64,000 bases of DNA from Tubulanus polymorphus (taxonomy: Eukaryota; Animalia; Nemertea): positions 12,712,088-12,776,087 of the forward strand of contig NC_134031.1 in the NCBI RefSeq assembly GCF_964204645.1. The letters are read 5' to 3'. How positions within the stretch are numbered: position 1 is the first letter of the stretch; each line of letters begins with the position of its first letter. The notes under the pieces were generated by a model. It was not told the origin of the DNA. It did no database searches and was given only the letters and a program-made list of their open reading frames with translations. Shown here one piece after another: positions 38,201-52,775 of the stretch. Made by a program: the position numbers and the translations under genes.

Positions 38201-40619
38201 AAGCTTTATGAAATCCATGTATTCTAGGCTAAAAAACTGCCCTTGGCTTATTGGCCAAGTCGGCTTAATCGCTGGAAAATTCGGGTGGTTGTGTTGTCAT
38301 GTCTCTTTTGGGTGGGTGCAAATTTAGAGAGGGCGGTACTTATTTGATTTTGCGGTGGACCTGCTGCGAGGGCCGTAGTCGCAAAGCTTCTTTAGGGGGC
38401 CTCCCCCAAGACAATTTTGAAAATAGAAATGCATGTTCGTTCAAATTTTAGTGAATATTTCATATAAACATGTTAATGAAAAAATGTAATTAATCCTTGA
38501 AACATTTTCATAATAAGTTTTCATTAGGTCTAATAATCCAACAACATACACTGGTGTCTCATCGTTTATGAAGACTTGCAAATTTTTCGATAACAGTGTC
38601 TATATCTATATCATAGTTATATGTATGTGAGTGAGAAATTTTCTTTGACAAAAAATAGTGAAACTCAAAATCTTATAGGGAGTGGGTGCGTTCCCCTGGG
38701 TACAGGCCTGTATAGACTGAGTTTTGGCATGACAGTTGTTGATGGTTTGCGCATTTGATTAAAAAAGTATTGATTTTCACTTTTCAAAGGTGATGATAAG
38801 TCTTGATTTTGATCAAAGCCTGACAACTACGAACCCTGTTTATTGCCCGAAAGTTCGGTATTTTCTGAGTGTGTAGGCCTATTTCCGCGGATTAATTGAA
38901 TGTTTACACATTGGTGATATGGACTCAGCGAGTACACGCGCTACATCGATTCAACATTAGCTGCTGTTTTGCATCGATACTCAGTGTTTACGTGCGCTTT
39001 AAAAGTCTATTGTATGCACAGTTTAGTTTTTACAGATTGCACTACGTCGACCAGCACTGAAAACTTTCTTACTATTACTAAGTACAATGATTAATCGTCA
39101 TTGATTCTTTTGCACTTTCCCGTCAGCGATCCGTTTTAGAGCCCGATTAATAATCATATTTTATGCGTATTTAGTTTGCGGCACAGTGATGAGAGTGCGT
39201 GTCGATAACATTAGTTACAGTCCCGTCAGCAATATTGCCTTATACACGCGGCGTTCATCGCTTATGTATCAGTAATAGATAAAGTGTTTAAGGTCTTGAA
39301 TTAGCAGAAGAAATATTATTCACAACTTTAAGGCTACTATAAAAAATTATTGTGAAACCATTAAAAACCTTCAAGTCGGTAAACTTAATTTTGTCAGTAA
39401 CTAGTTTTAACTACGACAGATTATATGTATATATTATATGTATAGCCAGATTAGTTTCACATTCGGATATTTTCACAAATATCCCATCCAATTTTAAAAG
39501 CTTTAACCACCAACGATTAGGTAACTAACTTGTCAGTAACAGGCCTACGCCCTCATCGTAGTTGTTTTGTATTATTTTCTCTGGATCTATCAAAAATTTC
39601 TGAAGAATCCCATAACCAATCTTTCGAAGATGTCATTCAAGAATTCTAATGAGCCTTGCTGGTAAATATTCATTCTTTTCCACTTGGTCGATCATTAGAC
39701 TAGCTCCAGGCCCTAAGGGTACAGCTAGCAGTTGGCCTTTGGTTCAGTCTGTGAACAGCTTCAAAACAACCTGGATGTGAAGCTTGTACCCCATGGACTG
39801 CATGGTCATTGGCCTATGTCATGGGTTCTTGGCAATTGTGCTGAGAGCAGACTGTATCCGGTGGTCGTGGTAAGTAACGCGATAGTCTATGGATTAAACA
39901 TGCACTGATGGCTCAAATGATACCTTCATTCTCAACCCCTCTAATCGTATCTAAAGCAATATCAATCCATACCGACGACGGTAGATCGTTTGTAAATCAA
40001 GCTAACATATTGCGAGCCTCAGGACCTTTGGTTCTCTAGTTTTCAAACTTGCAGAAATGCTAACTGCTCCGTTTTGCCTTAAATCTCTGTATTACCTTAA
40101 ACTTGCATTGTATGTTGACTCTCAACTCTTTGTTTTACTGTGAAACTTCGTTTACACCTGACTTGCAAAAGTTTTTAAAAAGCACTACACAGTGTGTAAG
40201 CCTTAGGAACCAACCTAACTCATCTTCACCCTGAGTTCGACTTTTAATTTCTATTCTCCGTCGTCGTCCTATCAAAATTGTTGGATAAAGACGGCCAACA
40301 CAATAGGTCCCAGAATATGAGAACAACGACTATCTGCCTTCTACCGTGGTTTTATTCGGAATAAATGTATTTACAAGTACATGGTTTATATACAAATCGG
40401 AGGGGGGTAGCGTGAAAGCAGAGTGCACAGAAATAGTGCTAGAAGAGAGATTTAGAATAAAGACTGTACAAGTTCATAGAATTTAGAAATGCGAAATACA
40501 ATACAAACAGGTTCAGCGCACAAACTCCGTGCACACAACGAGCGATAATGCGAGAGAGAGGACTGTAATCCTATCCTAAGGTTACTCATTCATCAAATCG
40601 TCATTCACAAAAATGTTTT

Positions 40620-41420
40620 TTTCTAACTGTAGTTTTCAAGGGTAATTTTGAAGGCGCTTCAGTCATTATCTTATTTCACATCAATTTCACATTGCCTATT
40701 TAGTGTCCCCATGGTGTATCAGCATAAGATAAATTGGGTCGATTAGACACAATATGGCCATTGTGTGTGACCTTTCTTCAACCCAAAAAGGTCATTTTGG
40801 AGATTTCATTTCTACAGTTTCCGAATGGTTTGCAATTTTTCATTGAAATATGTGATGGTTATGCATTGAGAAGGGTTCTTAAGCATTTCAAACAGATTTC
40901 AAACGGACTATTGCATTCACTTTTCGTCTGTCATCCGTTCGTCCGTCCATAGACAGAATCAAGTTATTTTGGGAGGTTTTGAAGACGTTTCTATGGATAG
41001 TCTTGACTGGCTCGATCAGAATCAAGATGGCCAACTGGCAGCCATTATTGTTCGCTGAAATCAGCACTTTTTACACATTTTTGAAATCTTCAAGGGAAAT
41101 TATGAAGATGCTTCTATCAATTATCTCGAACTTTCACATATATTTGTATCCCCCAAGGTGTCATCGGAATGAGAGAAATTGGGTCAATCAGACTCAAGAT
41201 GGCTGTCCTATGACCTTGTTTATGCCCTAAAAGGTCAATTTTGGCCTGAATTCCGATACCTAGCTTCCTATTGGTTTACAATTTTTCGTTGAATTTTGTG
41301 AAGGGTATTCTATGGAAAGGGATATTCAATAAATCAGTCAGGTATTTTTGATCAACCAATTATTACGCAATTGGTAATCATCAGTCCTCATTCTTAGGTG
41401 GAAAAAGTTTTTTTGAGAAA
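40620..41420 (+). mobile_element. Degraded copy of HINE family C
   Basis: GTCCGTCC microsatellite and TCAAGATGGC(C/T) blocks similar to 48061-48650. Confidence 0.6.
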
Positions 41421-41659
41421 AATATCTACAAATTTTAACTTATAGTCTTGATACTTGATTATAATTAGCACTGTCAAAGGAAACATCTCTTCACTTGGAA
41501 TTGGGATGACCCAATTCTTTGTTCAAGGGGGAGTTAAATATTGAATAATATATAATTTGGGGAATAATGGACTTCTTGCCATCAGACATGGTTCAATCAT
41601 TCTGTCAGTCAAGTGAAAACCTTTTTCGAAATTCCTTACCAACAAGTTATCTTACAATA

Positions 41660-43665
41660 ACTGTGAGTGGATTTGTCATACTTATGCCAACTCAATAAAA
41701 AAGAAAAAAGTACAAAAACTATCTGTAGCAAATGGCATGTCCTTCCCAGTGAAGCCCAAAGAATTAGAACTACATGAGTTAGAAGAACATCTCATTGCAT
41801 TGAGAATGCCTTTTATGCAAATAAGGGCTCTACCCTTATAAGAGGTTTTCAAAGATCAGTCAAGGGTGTGGTGGTTAATGTGCCAATGGATGTACAGAAA
41901 ACTATATCTGCTCTTCCACGACCTGAAAGTGAAATGGACACTGTACCATTGCAACTGAAAAGAAAGCTATCCTACACATCAAATGTAATGGTTGAAAATA
42001 TCCGACCATTGAAAGTTTTACATGCTCTTAATTTGCTGCTGAACAATAAATAGCCCGTTATACAAAACTTCTGGTATCACTGTAGATGACAATTGGTTGC
42101 AGGACTGTGGAAATGATTCCCAAGAAAATGTCTCGAATGAAATTGTTAATTTTGATACTGACGAGGATGATGAAGAAAGTATCACCTGCCAATTTAGAGA
42201 CTTTACTTGACCATACTGAATTGGATGCTAGCCAGTACCTCAAATTTGCTCCAGGTGAGAATCAGCATCCAATAAGTTTGTATCAACACCCTGATGCTGA
42301 ATACTTGTCTTTTCCAGCAATATTTTGTGGAGAAAGAAGGCCTGACGATGCTAGACTGCAAACTGTTCACTACAGTGATATTTGTAAGTGGGAACTTCGT
42401 TCAGAAGATCAACGGGTTGCTGGGTCTATCCCAAACCTATTTTTCAAACTTAAAAAGTTGCATATAAAACAAATATCTGATAAAGTTACTCTTGCTATAC
42501 GTAGATTCCAGCTGAAAGGGGAACGTGTAACTGTCGGACAAATAATTGACAGACTAGATCAGTTGGTGCATCTGGATGAAGGATTCTACATATTCTGAAC
42601 CATCCGTAATTCTCCACCATACTTGGAAAACTAGAAGAAGAATCTATTTGCCATGATACGCCAACTTGGATTGCCCACATGGTTCATTTCACTGTCTGCT
42701 GCTGATACCAGATGGCCAGATTTACTCAAAGTTATTGGCAAGTTACTAGATAGTAAAGACTATACTGATGAGGAACTAGACTCCATGCCTTGGACAGAAA
42801 ACGTGTCGACTACTGCAAAATGATCCTGTCACAGCTGCAAGGTTTTTTGATCACAGATTCCATGAATTTATTACAAAGGTACTCCTTGGACAAAGTGCAC
42901 CACTCGGAGAAATATCAGATTATTTCTATAGAGTAGAGTTTCAGCATAGAGGAATTCCACATATTCACATGTTAGTTTTTGTCAAAAGTGCTCCGAAATA
43001 CAACGTTGATAGTGATAACAAGATTAATAGATTCATCGACCAATGTGTATCTTGCTCCCTTGGTACTGCAACAATGAATTATGTGGACTTACAAATACAT
43101 AAACACGGTATGTCGTGCAGAAAATATGGAAGAGCGATTTGTCGTTTTGGCTATCCTATGCCACATATGCTAGAAACATGTATTCTCACTCCAACAATAG
43201 ATTTTGATCAAGAAGACATTGAAAAGTATATCGCAAAAAACATTGATATGAAGAAAAAACTAGATGAAGTGATGAATGGGGATACTGACCTGAATCATAT
43301 TGCGTTTTTTAGTTCTTTCAACTTAACACAAACAGAATATATCAAAACACTTCAGGAATGTCGTGTTAATCCGTACATGAAGGACCTTATTGATACTTTG
43401 CAAGGTAATCATGATATACAATATGTACTTGACCCGTATGCCTGTGCTATGTACATAGTATCATACATAAGTAAATCGCAGAAAGGAATGAGTTCCATGT
43501 TACATCAAGCATGTAAGGAAGCACGGAAAGACAATAAAGACTTGAAACAGCAAGTTAGGCACATAGGCAATAAATTCCTCAATGTATTTGAATACTCAGC
43601 ACAAGAAGCTGCATACTTGGTTCTACAGTTGCCTTTAATTCGTTCAACTAGAGACGTCACATTTT
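41660..43665 (+). pseudogene. Helentron/Helitron2 Rep (HUH endonuclease) region, decayed, helicase absent
   Basis: VVNVP..LPR..LKRKLSY; FAPGE..EYLSFPAIF; RNSPPY..AMIRQLGLPTWFISLSAAD; NDPVTAARFF; RVEFQHRGIPHIHML (HUH); NHDIQYVLDPYACAMYIVSYISK (Y2). Several stops and frameshifts. Confidence 0.92.
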
Positions 43666-43789
43666 GGACACACTTTGGACAAGGCTAAGGAAGTTGCTGA
43701 AAAAGATGAAAACATTGATTACCGTGAGGTTGCTCCTTCAACACAGCAAACTGCTGACTTAATTCGTTCGTCAAGAAGTAAAACTGGTG

Positions 43790-44160
43790 GATTTACACCG
43801 TACACGTCACCGACAAAAGTGATGGTTGTTCACAAGGAAGCCCAAGAACAATGCACAAATATAATTGTGGCCGACCACTCAGACTGTATAAAAACGATAT
43901 CGACAAAGGCAGTAGCTGAAAAGTTGGCTGTTAACAAATGTTACATACTGTCGAACTATAAGTTAGGACGAACAAATTTAATTACGCTTGACCACTCAAC
44001 TGTAGTGAAAGACAAAGTCACCGGTGTAGATGTACCAGCCAAAATTCTTACAAAAGCCAACAGCTTGTCAGCCATTCAAACAGCAACAGATCGATGGATC
44101 CAATCAATCCTAGATAATCAACCAACCGATCTCTCTACGATTACTGTTTTCATTGCACAA
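43790..44160 (+). pseudogene. Probable OB-fold (RPA-like ssDNA-binding) exon of the Helentron
   Basis: KVMVVHK..IIVADHSDCIK..KLAVNKCYILSNYKL..IQSILD..TITVFIAQ, then a GTAAG donor at 44161. Confidence 0.5.
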
Positions 44161-44897
44161 GTAAGTGTCAATTTCTGGTCAATTTTACCTAGCTACGCAA
44201 AAGGGCTGCTTGTTCTGGACTTCTTGTATGCATTACTTATGAATTTCCTGTTTGTACTTATCATACTATCAGAAACTGGTCAATCAAGTTATACCAAGAC
44301 GATTCTGTGTCGATTCCCTGTTTTAAAAACCTACATTTGTAATCTGGAATTCAGGTTATCTAAGTTGCTCTAGGCAATTACTATCAAGATAGATTTCCAA
44401 CTTTCCCTATTGTTTGGTTGTTGCATGGCTCAGCTTGGAGGATACATGCTGGTCTAGTCAAATGTGTAAGAGACTGGCTAGATTTGCACTATACCTTCAC
44501 AGAATATCTTGACAACCAGATATAAGCGGCATTCACACAAGATTCCAGGCTCATTGTATACCATACTTATGTGGTGCTGAATTTTGCACAATACCGCACA
44601 CACAGCGTGTAGCATACACTATACATGATTTGGCATTGAGTAAGCCCTCTTAGGTTTTGCCGATGTTGTGAATGATTCAAGATATATAGCTGCCTTACAT
44701 TAGAATTGGGAGTAAACATCGAGTAAAAACTGTCATATGCATGAATAATTGACACATCCCTCCTGGTTGTATTTAACGTACTTCAATCGTAGCTTGCTAA
44801 ATGCCAAATCTGCATTCACATTTGCTAACAGATCTGAGATTGGGTTTAAGTGTTAGACTTAAATATATGTCCTCCCCAAGGTGTGAAGATAGGTTAC

Positions 44898-46435
44898 TTT
44901 TTTGTTTTACCTTTGTCAGCGGTATGAAGTTGGCATTGAGCCAATTCATGTAAAATCGCAGTACTTTTTTTATGTGAGCATTTGTTTCATTGGTTCTCGG
45001 CTTAAACGACGTATAATCAATTCGATTGAAGACATGACGAACCTCCGTCAATGACATGGTCAACTTTGTTGAAATTCGACAAAATTTTTGGTGGGAAAAT
45101 TCTTAGCTCTCGCGTGTAAATTTGCAATGACCTCAATTGGTGGGCGTTGTCTCTACCAAAGAATGTGATTGGCTGTTTCTGGGGTATACGGGGAATTCCG
45201 GCGTTACTAAAATAATTATGGGAAATGGCCAACATTTGATTGGACTAGGTGCCGCAAACGTGTGAATTCCAAATGCTCATTGCTGGTGAGAATATAATTA
45301 TATCCCATATCCGCCATAAGAATTGTTTCATTTTAATACCCGGTGATTGTTTTGATTGACATTGAAGTGTAAGCGAACATTCACTTTCAGATAAGGCCTC
45401 CACGTGTGCACGGAGTGCTAATCATTAGACTGTTACACACTATCTTGTACATTATACACTACTATATGGTGATGCTGTAACGCTGCTCGCTGCTTGCTGG
45501 TGCATGCACGTTTTATAGCAGAAGATGAGCGCTGTGTTTTATGTTTGATACAATTTGTAATAAATTGTAATTTCTTGTGACTTGAAAATACTAAGCAGCC
45601 AACTATAGGTATAGGTCGAGGTCTGAATATTGTAGTGGTAAATTCGAGGGTTTAAAACGATCTCATACTACGCCCCAGTGTTTTGGCTTCCGCGGCCATA
45701 CATTGGAAGAGTTTTCGTTCCCAAGACTCAATATTCAGCCACCCTTTGATATGTGACATCATATGAATTTTATTTGAATATTTTTTCATATTGTGAAAAA
45801 TATTTTTTTGAAAATATATAATAGTTTCCCTGCCGCGCCTGCCAGTACCCTACAAAATTTTGGATGTAGACCATAAACAAATGTTTATCTTTGGTCTTAT
45901 TTGACAACAAAATAATACTGTAAGAAAGATAAAATACAATATAAACTTCTAGAACTTTGAAGTCACGAATTAATAAGATTTTTCAAGCTATGCCCTTACT
46001 CCAAACAACCTCTAGCTTTCAAGGTAAACCACACTTTGCCCATGGGCAATTTATTTACGATTTTTTATTATGGTACCGGTATGTTTTGTAGCTTCCGCAG
46101 CCATACATTGGAAAAAGGTTGTCGAGACTATTCAGCCACCCTCTGATTTGTGATATCATATGAATTTTATTCAAGTATTTTTAATTTTGTGAAAAATCTT
46201 TTTTCCATATATAAACTAGTTTTCCTGTCTACCTGTACCCTACGAAATTTTGGACGTGGACCGTAAACAGGTGTATTTTTGGCCTTGATTTGACTACAAA
46301 ATAATTATTTCAGAAAGATAAAATTAAATAATAACTTTGAATTTGAATTCACAAATTAAAAAGATTTTTCATAAGCAATGCCCTTGCCAAACATGCTCCA
46401 GTTTTCAAGGTAAACCACACTTTGCCCATGGGCAA
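44898..46435 (+). mobile_element. HINE family A copy with a tandemly duplicated 3' end
   Basis: The first copy ends AAGGTAAACC..TTGCCCATGGGCAATTTATTT at 46056. A second 3' module spans ~46080-46435. Confidence 0.8.
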
Positions 46436-47016
46436 CTGAGCATATATTCATACAAGTCTTGTATTCATGTGTTATCCATTCTCCAATTTCTAGGAAGCCG
46501 ATTTTTGAAAAAAAGGCATTAAAATTTATAGAAGGTGTTTTTGCGAAAGTCTGAACGCAAAAATATCAGTTTTATTAAGCCAACAAGTGAGCAAATCCTC
46601 CTCTATGATTGGCTTAGCCACAGAAACCAACAGGTGTTCACGTGAACCCGCGGTATCGTCTACTGTTTCATTTCTGGGTTTTATTTCAAGATTTTAATTT
46701 GTATTTCAATTGACCTTGATAATTAGCTAATTAGCCATGTGCTCAAATTGCAAATTCAATCAAATTTTATTCTGCAAAAAAATATCGAATCCAATTCAAT
46801 TTTACTTAATTGAACAAAATATCAAATTCAGTTTTTATTTCATAATCAATACTATGAGGGGAAAATATTGATCTGAATTATTTTTTCCTGCTGTCTGTGT
46901 TAACACACGATTGTATTGAGCAGGGAGTGTGTTTTAACGAATATAACACACAGATTACATCATTTATGAAAAGCAAATGTGGCTGGCTTGCAATAGTGCC
47001 CCTTGGGGCTCTAGTT
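46436..47016 (+). mobile_element. HINE family B copy (5'-truncated)
   Basis: Matches 32368-33127. Ends GCCCCTTGGGGC-TCTAGTTT. Confidence 0.7.
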
Positions 47017-47742
47017 TAAACTCGTGTCAATCATACTAGTCATCTCAAATCATACTCTCAATATGACACATGTATATAATACATTTAAAAAATTGTTTTT
47101 CCCAAGAATACCAAAAACATACAAAAATTCCAGTTGATACTGTCAAATGAAATTTTTCTTAATCCTTATTTACAGATTTTGGAAAAACCAATTACAGACC
47201 ATGCACTGCAGATTATTGGAATAGACCGATTCGAAGACGAAAAATGGTACTTGTTTGCACGAGTCGCTAACTCCTACAAAACTATTGTGACTAAACACGA
47301 TGTTCTAGCGAAATGTTTTGGGAGATTTGTTTTTGAGCTTGATCTATTAGAGAAAATCGACCAAAACCCAAATGAAATTTCCCTAGCTAAAATGCAAGGT
47401 AAACTATTTAACTGATAGATTCTTCTTATCCAACTTAAACAATGCGTAATGGATAGTGAGATTTTTATTTGCTGCTGCAACTAAAACTTATAATGACCTA
47501 TATTGTTCAGCAGAATCATCACTATTTACAAATCATGAAGTTTACTCTACAATCCATTATCTTGACCTTTCACATATGTTTTATGTCGCCCTTCAGCATT
47601 GAGTAAAAATTGATCGATCAGATTTATGATGGTAGTCGATCCTGTGACCTCTTTTGTGTCCAAAAATGTTATTTTTTCTTGAGCTCAGTAACCTGTATTT
47701 CAATGAGATTTCTGATTGTAATACTTTGGAAAGGAATTCTAA

Positions 47743-49367
47743 AGGCCCATCTACACCAGAGGAAAAATCCTTTTTTTTTAATCTACACAAGGAAAAAATT
47801 TCCGAAAGGCCGCCTTTATCGCAACCGCCTTTTAAAAGGGCAGCTCCCTTTAGGCCAACTCACTAGTGTACCCCAACAGAGCGCTTTTAAGAAAGCCGGC
47901 TTTTCATCCGTGTCGATGCACGATCATGAAGAGGCGGCTCCGTTAAGTTCCTTAACAGATGTCAGCACCGTTCTTAGCTACTGCCTTATTTCCGGCTTAC
48001 GTTGACGATTACGTAAGACTTGAAGGAACAGCATCCACATACAAAGTGACAGAAGCTCCATTTTTAGCCCACTTGGGACTTTAATCCCAGCGGGCTATTG
48101 CGTTCATTTTTCGTCCCGCATCCATCCGTCCGTAGACAGAATCCAGTTATTTTGGGAAGTTTTGAAGATGCTTCAAGGTAATGTCTTGATATTTGGTTTA
48201 TACATGTATCTACCCTAGACACAACTTCAGCCGAAAAACTGGCCCTGTCCGTATCAAGATGGTGGACAAGCAGCCATTGTTGTTCGTCAAGATCGGCACT
48301 TTTTACACTTTTTGAGGGAAATTTTGAAGACGCTTAAATCAATTACCTTGATCTTTCGTATATATTTGAATCCCCCAATTGCCCATCACCATAAGAAAAA
48401 ATGGGTCGATAGGACTCAAGATGGCTGTCCTATGACCTTTTTAGTGCCAAAAATGTCAATTTTGGCCCAAATTCTGAGTCCTGTAGCTTCCTACTGGCTT
48501 GCCATTTCTCATTGCAATTTGTGATGGGTATTCTTGGGAAAGGGATATTTTATACCTGGGCCAAGTATTTTTGATCGGCCAATTATGACACAATTGGCGG
48601 CCATCTTATCATCAGTACTCATTCATAGGTAGGAATAAGTTTTTCCACATTGTTTTGATACCTAAGCATATTTTGTTACCACAATCAATTGCAAAGTTGT
48701 AGCGCATGAAATCATCTATGATTGTGGTGAGTTTTAAGGAAATTAGTTATTCTATATGGTCACCAGGGGCGTTGAATAGTAGAATAACTTAGTATTTCCT
48801 TATAAGATTGGTACGGTACCTAGGCATATTTTGTTACCATGATCCATTGCAGTTGTAGTTTATGACATGTTCTATGATTGTGGTTAGTTTCAAGGTCATT
48901 GGGTTTTGCATATGGTCACCAGGGGGCATTGAATAGCAGAATAACTTAGTATTTCCATATTAAATTGGTAACGAGGCATATTTTGTTATCACTATCAATT
49001 ACAAAATCGTAGCTGTTGACATGTTCTATGATTGGTGAGTTTCAAGGTCATTGGTTTTTGTATATGGTCAGTAGGGGGTGTTGAATAATGAAATTGTTAG
49101 ATTGTTGAGCATTTGAAACCACCTCCCAAGTGGGCATGGTGTCCCTGAACCCCTAGTTATGATAACTTGGTTAGAAATTCTTTTATAAATGATTGAAAAT
49201 TCTTTAACATTTTTAACCCAGGTAGTGCAATCACTACACTACAATGTTTATGTAACCGAAAGTGCCACACTACAAGTCTTGTGTAAACGAAAAGCTCGCT
49301 TCCCCGTTACTTAGAAAAGCCGGTTCCAACGGAGCCGGTTTTTTAGTGCTTCCGTGTAGATGGGCCT
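47743..49367. mobile_element. PIF/Harbinger-type non-autonomous element containing a nested HINE
   Basis: TIR AGGCCCATCTACAC / GTGTAGATGGGCCT. TAA TSD at 47740-47742 and 49368-49370. Confidence 0.85.
48061..49158 (+). mobile_element. HINE family C (subTIR CCCACTTGGGA / TCCCAAGTGGG), 3 internal ~155-bp repeats
   Basis: T-run, subTIR plus short inverted repeat, (GTCC)n, internal tandem units, 3' subTIR and CTAGTT end. Confidence 0.85.
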
Positions 49368-50776
49368 TAAACATATCCAAGAGATTTTTCGATCAGTCAA
49401 ATGTCACACAATCGGCAGCCATCTTATTGTCATCAGTCCTCATTCATAGATAGAAAAAAGTTAAAACGTTACTCCAACAAAACCAATTATGTAATACTAA
49501 TGTCAAATTCTATGATTGTTATGAATTACAACCCAAATATTGACTGTTACCTACTAACAAATGTAACAAGTACACTGCAATTAATATGCTGCACACACTC
49601 CATTGCCAAAACCATTTTCCGCCCCCTAGCAACAATTACTCCACAATTGTAGGTCATGTGATCAATTAAGCTAGTAATAGGATCAGCCCATCACATACAC
49701 CGTGAACCTTAATCCACCAACAGTGCACTACTTTGCGTGGACACTTATAATTCCAGTTGTGACCTTGATTTCTGACACTGATATTGGCGTCACAGATTTA
49801 TTTGTAGCGTACTTGGTGCTAGTTTGCAGCAGACCTAAGGATTATGACGTAACTTGGTCTATTGCAATGCACTATCCTTTATAAAGATAGTTAAGCCTAC
49901 TTATGCTTGATAGTTAGCCTACCAATATTAACCCTGCCAAATTGAATTTTTCAGGAGATGAACTCATTACACTTGCTCGAGTGACTGAAATGAAACCAAA
50001 GAAGCCAATTGAAAAAACCAACAAATATTAGTTGCGAAAACTGTTGATGTTTATCGTTTGATTGCTTTAGCTGTTCGGTTAAGTTGTTCTGGTATTAGAA
50101 CATTTGCTGCCAACCACTGTTTTTTGTTTTTTTTTTAAATGTTTGATTACTTGGTTATCTGTGTGATGCTGCACGTCACAGAGAGGACCGATGCAACTAA
50201 AGGGAAGATAGAATACTCCTTGTTCTTTTTACAGATGTACAATATCCAGATATTTCTCGGGTTCCATTACTGGAACACATCCAGAACACATCCGGACGCA
50301 TAATTACCCACGTGGGATGCTGACGTGGTACCCTGATGAGCAGTATTTGCGCACAAAGACACTCCTGCCTGCACACCGTAATCTCTTTCGATTGAGCATG
50401 TCGAATCAGCTTGAGATTCTAATTCACACTGTTGATATCGCTCATTATCCGACATCTTAAAGAACCAGGCTGTTTATCTAAGATAATCCGAGTAAGGATA
50501 TGCCCGCTGCTACCTTCATTTTTGTACTCTCTGGAGCGCACTATTTGTTGCACATGTAAATATTCGATCTAAACTACATCGTCTAGATTTGGGTCGTCAT
50601 TGACTGCCGAGTTAAAACTGTTTTTGAATACCTGCCATTTAAGTAAATCACTGTTGAATTTGCCGAGTGTAACTATAATTAAATTTACTTTGTACGGGTG
50701 CAATTACACCGCACATCGATGAATAAAGAGTTTGTTTTGCATTTATTTTTTCTTTGAGATGAATCATTCAGTCACA

Positions 50777-51944
50777 TTTTTGGTTTACCTTTATCAGCGG
50801 TATGAAGTTGGCATTGAGCCAATTCATGTAAAATTGCGGTACGTTTTTTTATGTGAGCATTTGTTTCATTGGTTCTCGGCTTAAACGATGTATAATCGAT
50901 GTGATTGAAGACATGGCGAAACCTCCGTCAATGACATGGTCAACTTAGTTAAAATTCTATGAAAAACTGTTTTTGGCGGGAAAATTCTTAGCTCTTGCGT
51001 ATAAAATTGCAATGACCTCTATTGGGGCGTCATCTCTACGAGCAAATGTGATTGGCTGTTTTTGGGATGTACAGGAAATTCTGGGAATTCCGGCGCTACT
51101 AACGTACTTATGGCAAAGCCAAAATGGTGAACGTTTCATTGGACCAGGTACCGTACACTGTGCGCATTCCAAATGCCCAGCTTGTGCGAATATAATCATT
51201 TAACATATCCGCCATAGGTATTGTTTCATTTAATACCCATAGTTTGTTTTTGTTGACCATTGAAGTGCAAGTGAACATTCACTTACACATAAGGCCTGAA
51301 CGAGCACGCCAGTGTAATCATCAGACTGTTGCACACACACCGGCTCGTACAGCAATAGTGATACTGTAACGCTGCTTGCTGGCGCGTGTATAATACAATG
51401 AATGTGAATGCAGTGGGCATTCAAATAAGAGCACATATGACATGAAAATACGCTTATCGCGAATAATCATTTAAACTATCATAGCAGAAGATGACCACTG
51501 TGTTTTCCGTAGAATTTGTAATAATTTGTAATGTCGAGGTCTGAATATTTTAGGGGTAAAATCCAGGATTTAAAACAATCTACTTACATATGCCGATTTT
51601 TTTATGGTAACAGTATTTTATCTTCCGCAGCAATATATTGGAAGAGTTTTCCCAGACTTTTACTATTCATTAGTATTTTATTTAAATATTTTTCCATGAA
51701 AAATATTTTTTCAAAATATAAGATAGTTTCCCTACATACCTGTACCCTACAAAATTTTGGACGAGGGCCGTAGACAAATGTATATTTTTTGCCTTATTTG
51801 ACTACAAAATAATTATTCGAGAAAGAAAATACAATATCAACTTTGAAGTCATGAATTAAAAACATTTTTCATAAGCAATGCCGTTGCTCCAAACAACCTC
51901 TAGCTTTCAAGGTAAACCAGAATTTGCCCATGGGCAAATTATTT
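50777..51944 (+). mobile_element. HINE family A copy
   Basis: TTTTTGGTTTACCTT..AAGGTAAACC..TTGCCCATGGGCAA. Confidence 0.8.
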
Positions 51945-52775
51945 ATAAAGTCTGATCTAATGTTCACTGCTTCCTGATTCATGTCCAGTATATGTGTTGA
52001 AAGAGTATGATCCTCAACCGTTTTGTCTATCGCATCTAGACGGCTTAACTATTCCATTATCTGTTTGATGTAGCTATTTTTACAAATCGACAACATCTAT
52101 TCGTAAGGTCAACGTAATTCGTAAATCTTACACAATTTTTGATGATTCCTCGATAAGATCATACACTTTCTGCCTGTTTGCAATTCGTGTGACTATCAAC
52201 CTGTTGAGTTTTACATGTTTTTAGGTGATCCAAGTCAGGGCACCTATGTGACAGTTTGAGTCATAGAGAATGTGACATTTTGAGTCGCAGAGATAACTAA
52301 GTTCGTAATTATATACTAGCTGATATATCCTAAGAACTATGTTATCATATGTGGTTGGCAGTGAGTGAACAGTTTACTTATATTAAGCTCACAGAATATT
52401 TAACTTGCAGAATGCAACCACATTTTATTTCTTAAATGAAACGTGCCATTTATATTTCTCAACTAGACGGACAACTACTGTCAGTTGTTACTCTTACTTG
52501 CATTTTTGTTTCAATTGATCTTTTGCATTATTGCATTCAGGCATGTTTGGGTTGGTAATTTGCAAATTGCTACTTATATATTTGTTAAATATGACCAGGG
52601 AGGTGGGAGTGAATGGAGTATGAACGAGTCAGCTGTCTTTGATCGTATCAGCGATGCCGCCGTACTTGGAAGAGCTAATTACGTAATACGATATGCGCGA
52701 GTTTATGTTCACTCGGTAATCTCCGTCAACACTCGGTAATTTCCGTATGTTGATAGTTACCGGTTATAATAGAAA

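Noticed and set aside
39500-40600. Minus-strand LTR/gag remnant
   Set aside because: It looks coding-like but has many stops, no diagnostic motif, and no paired LTR or clear primer-binding site.
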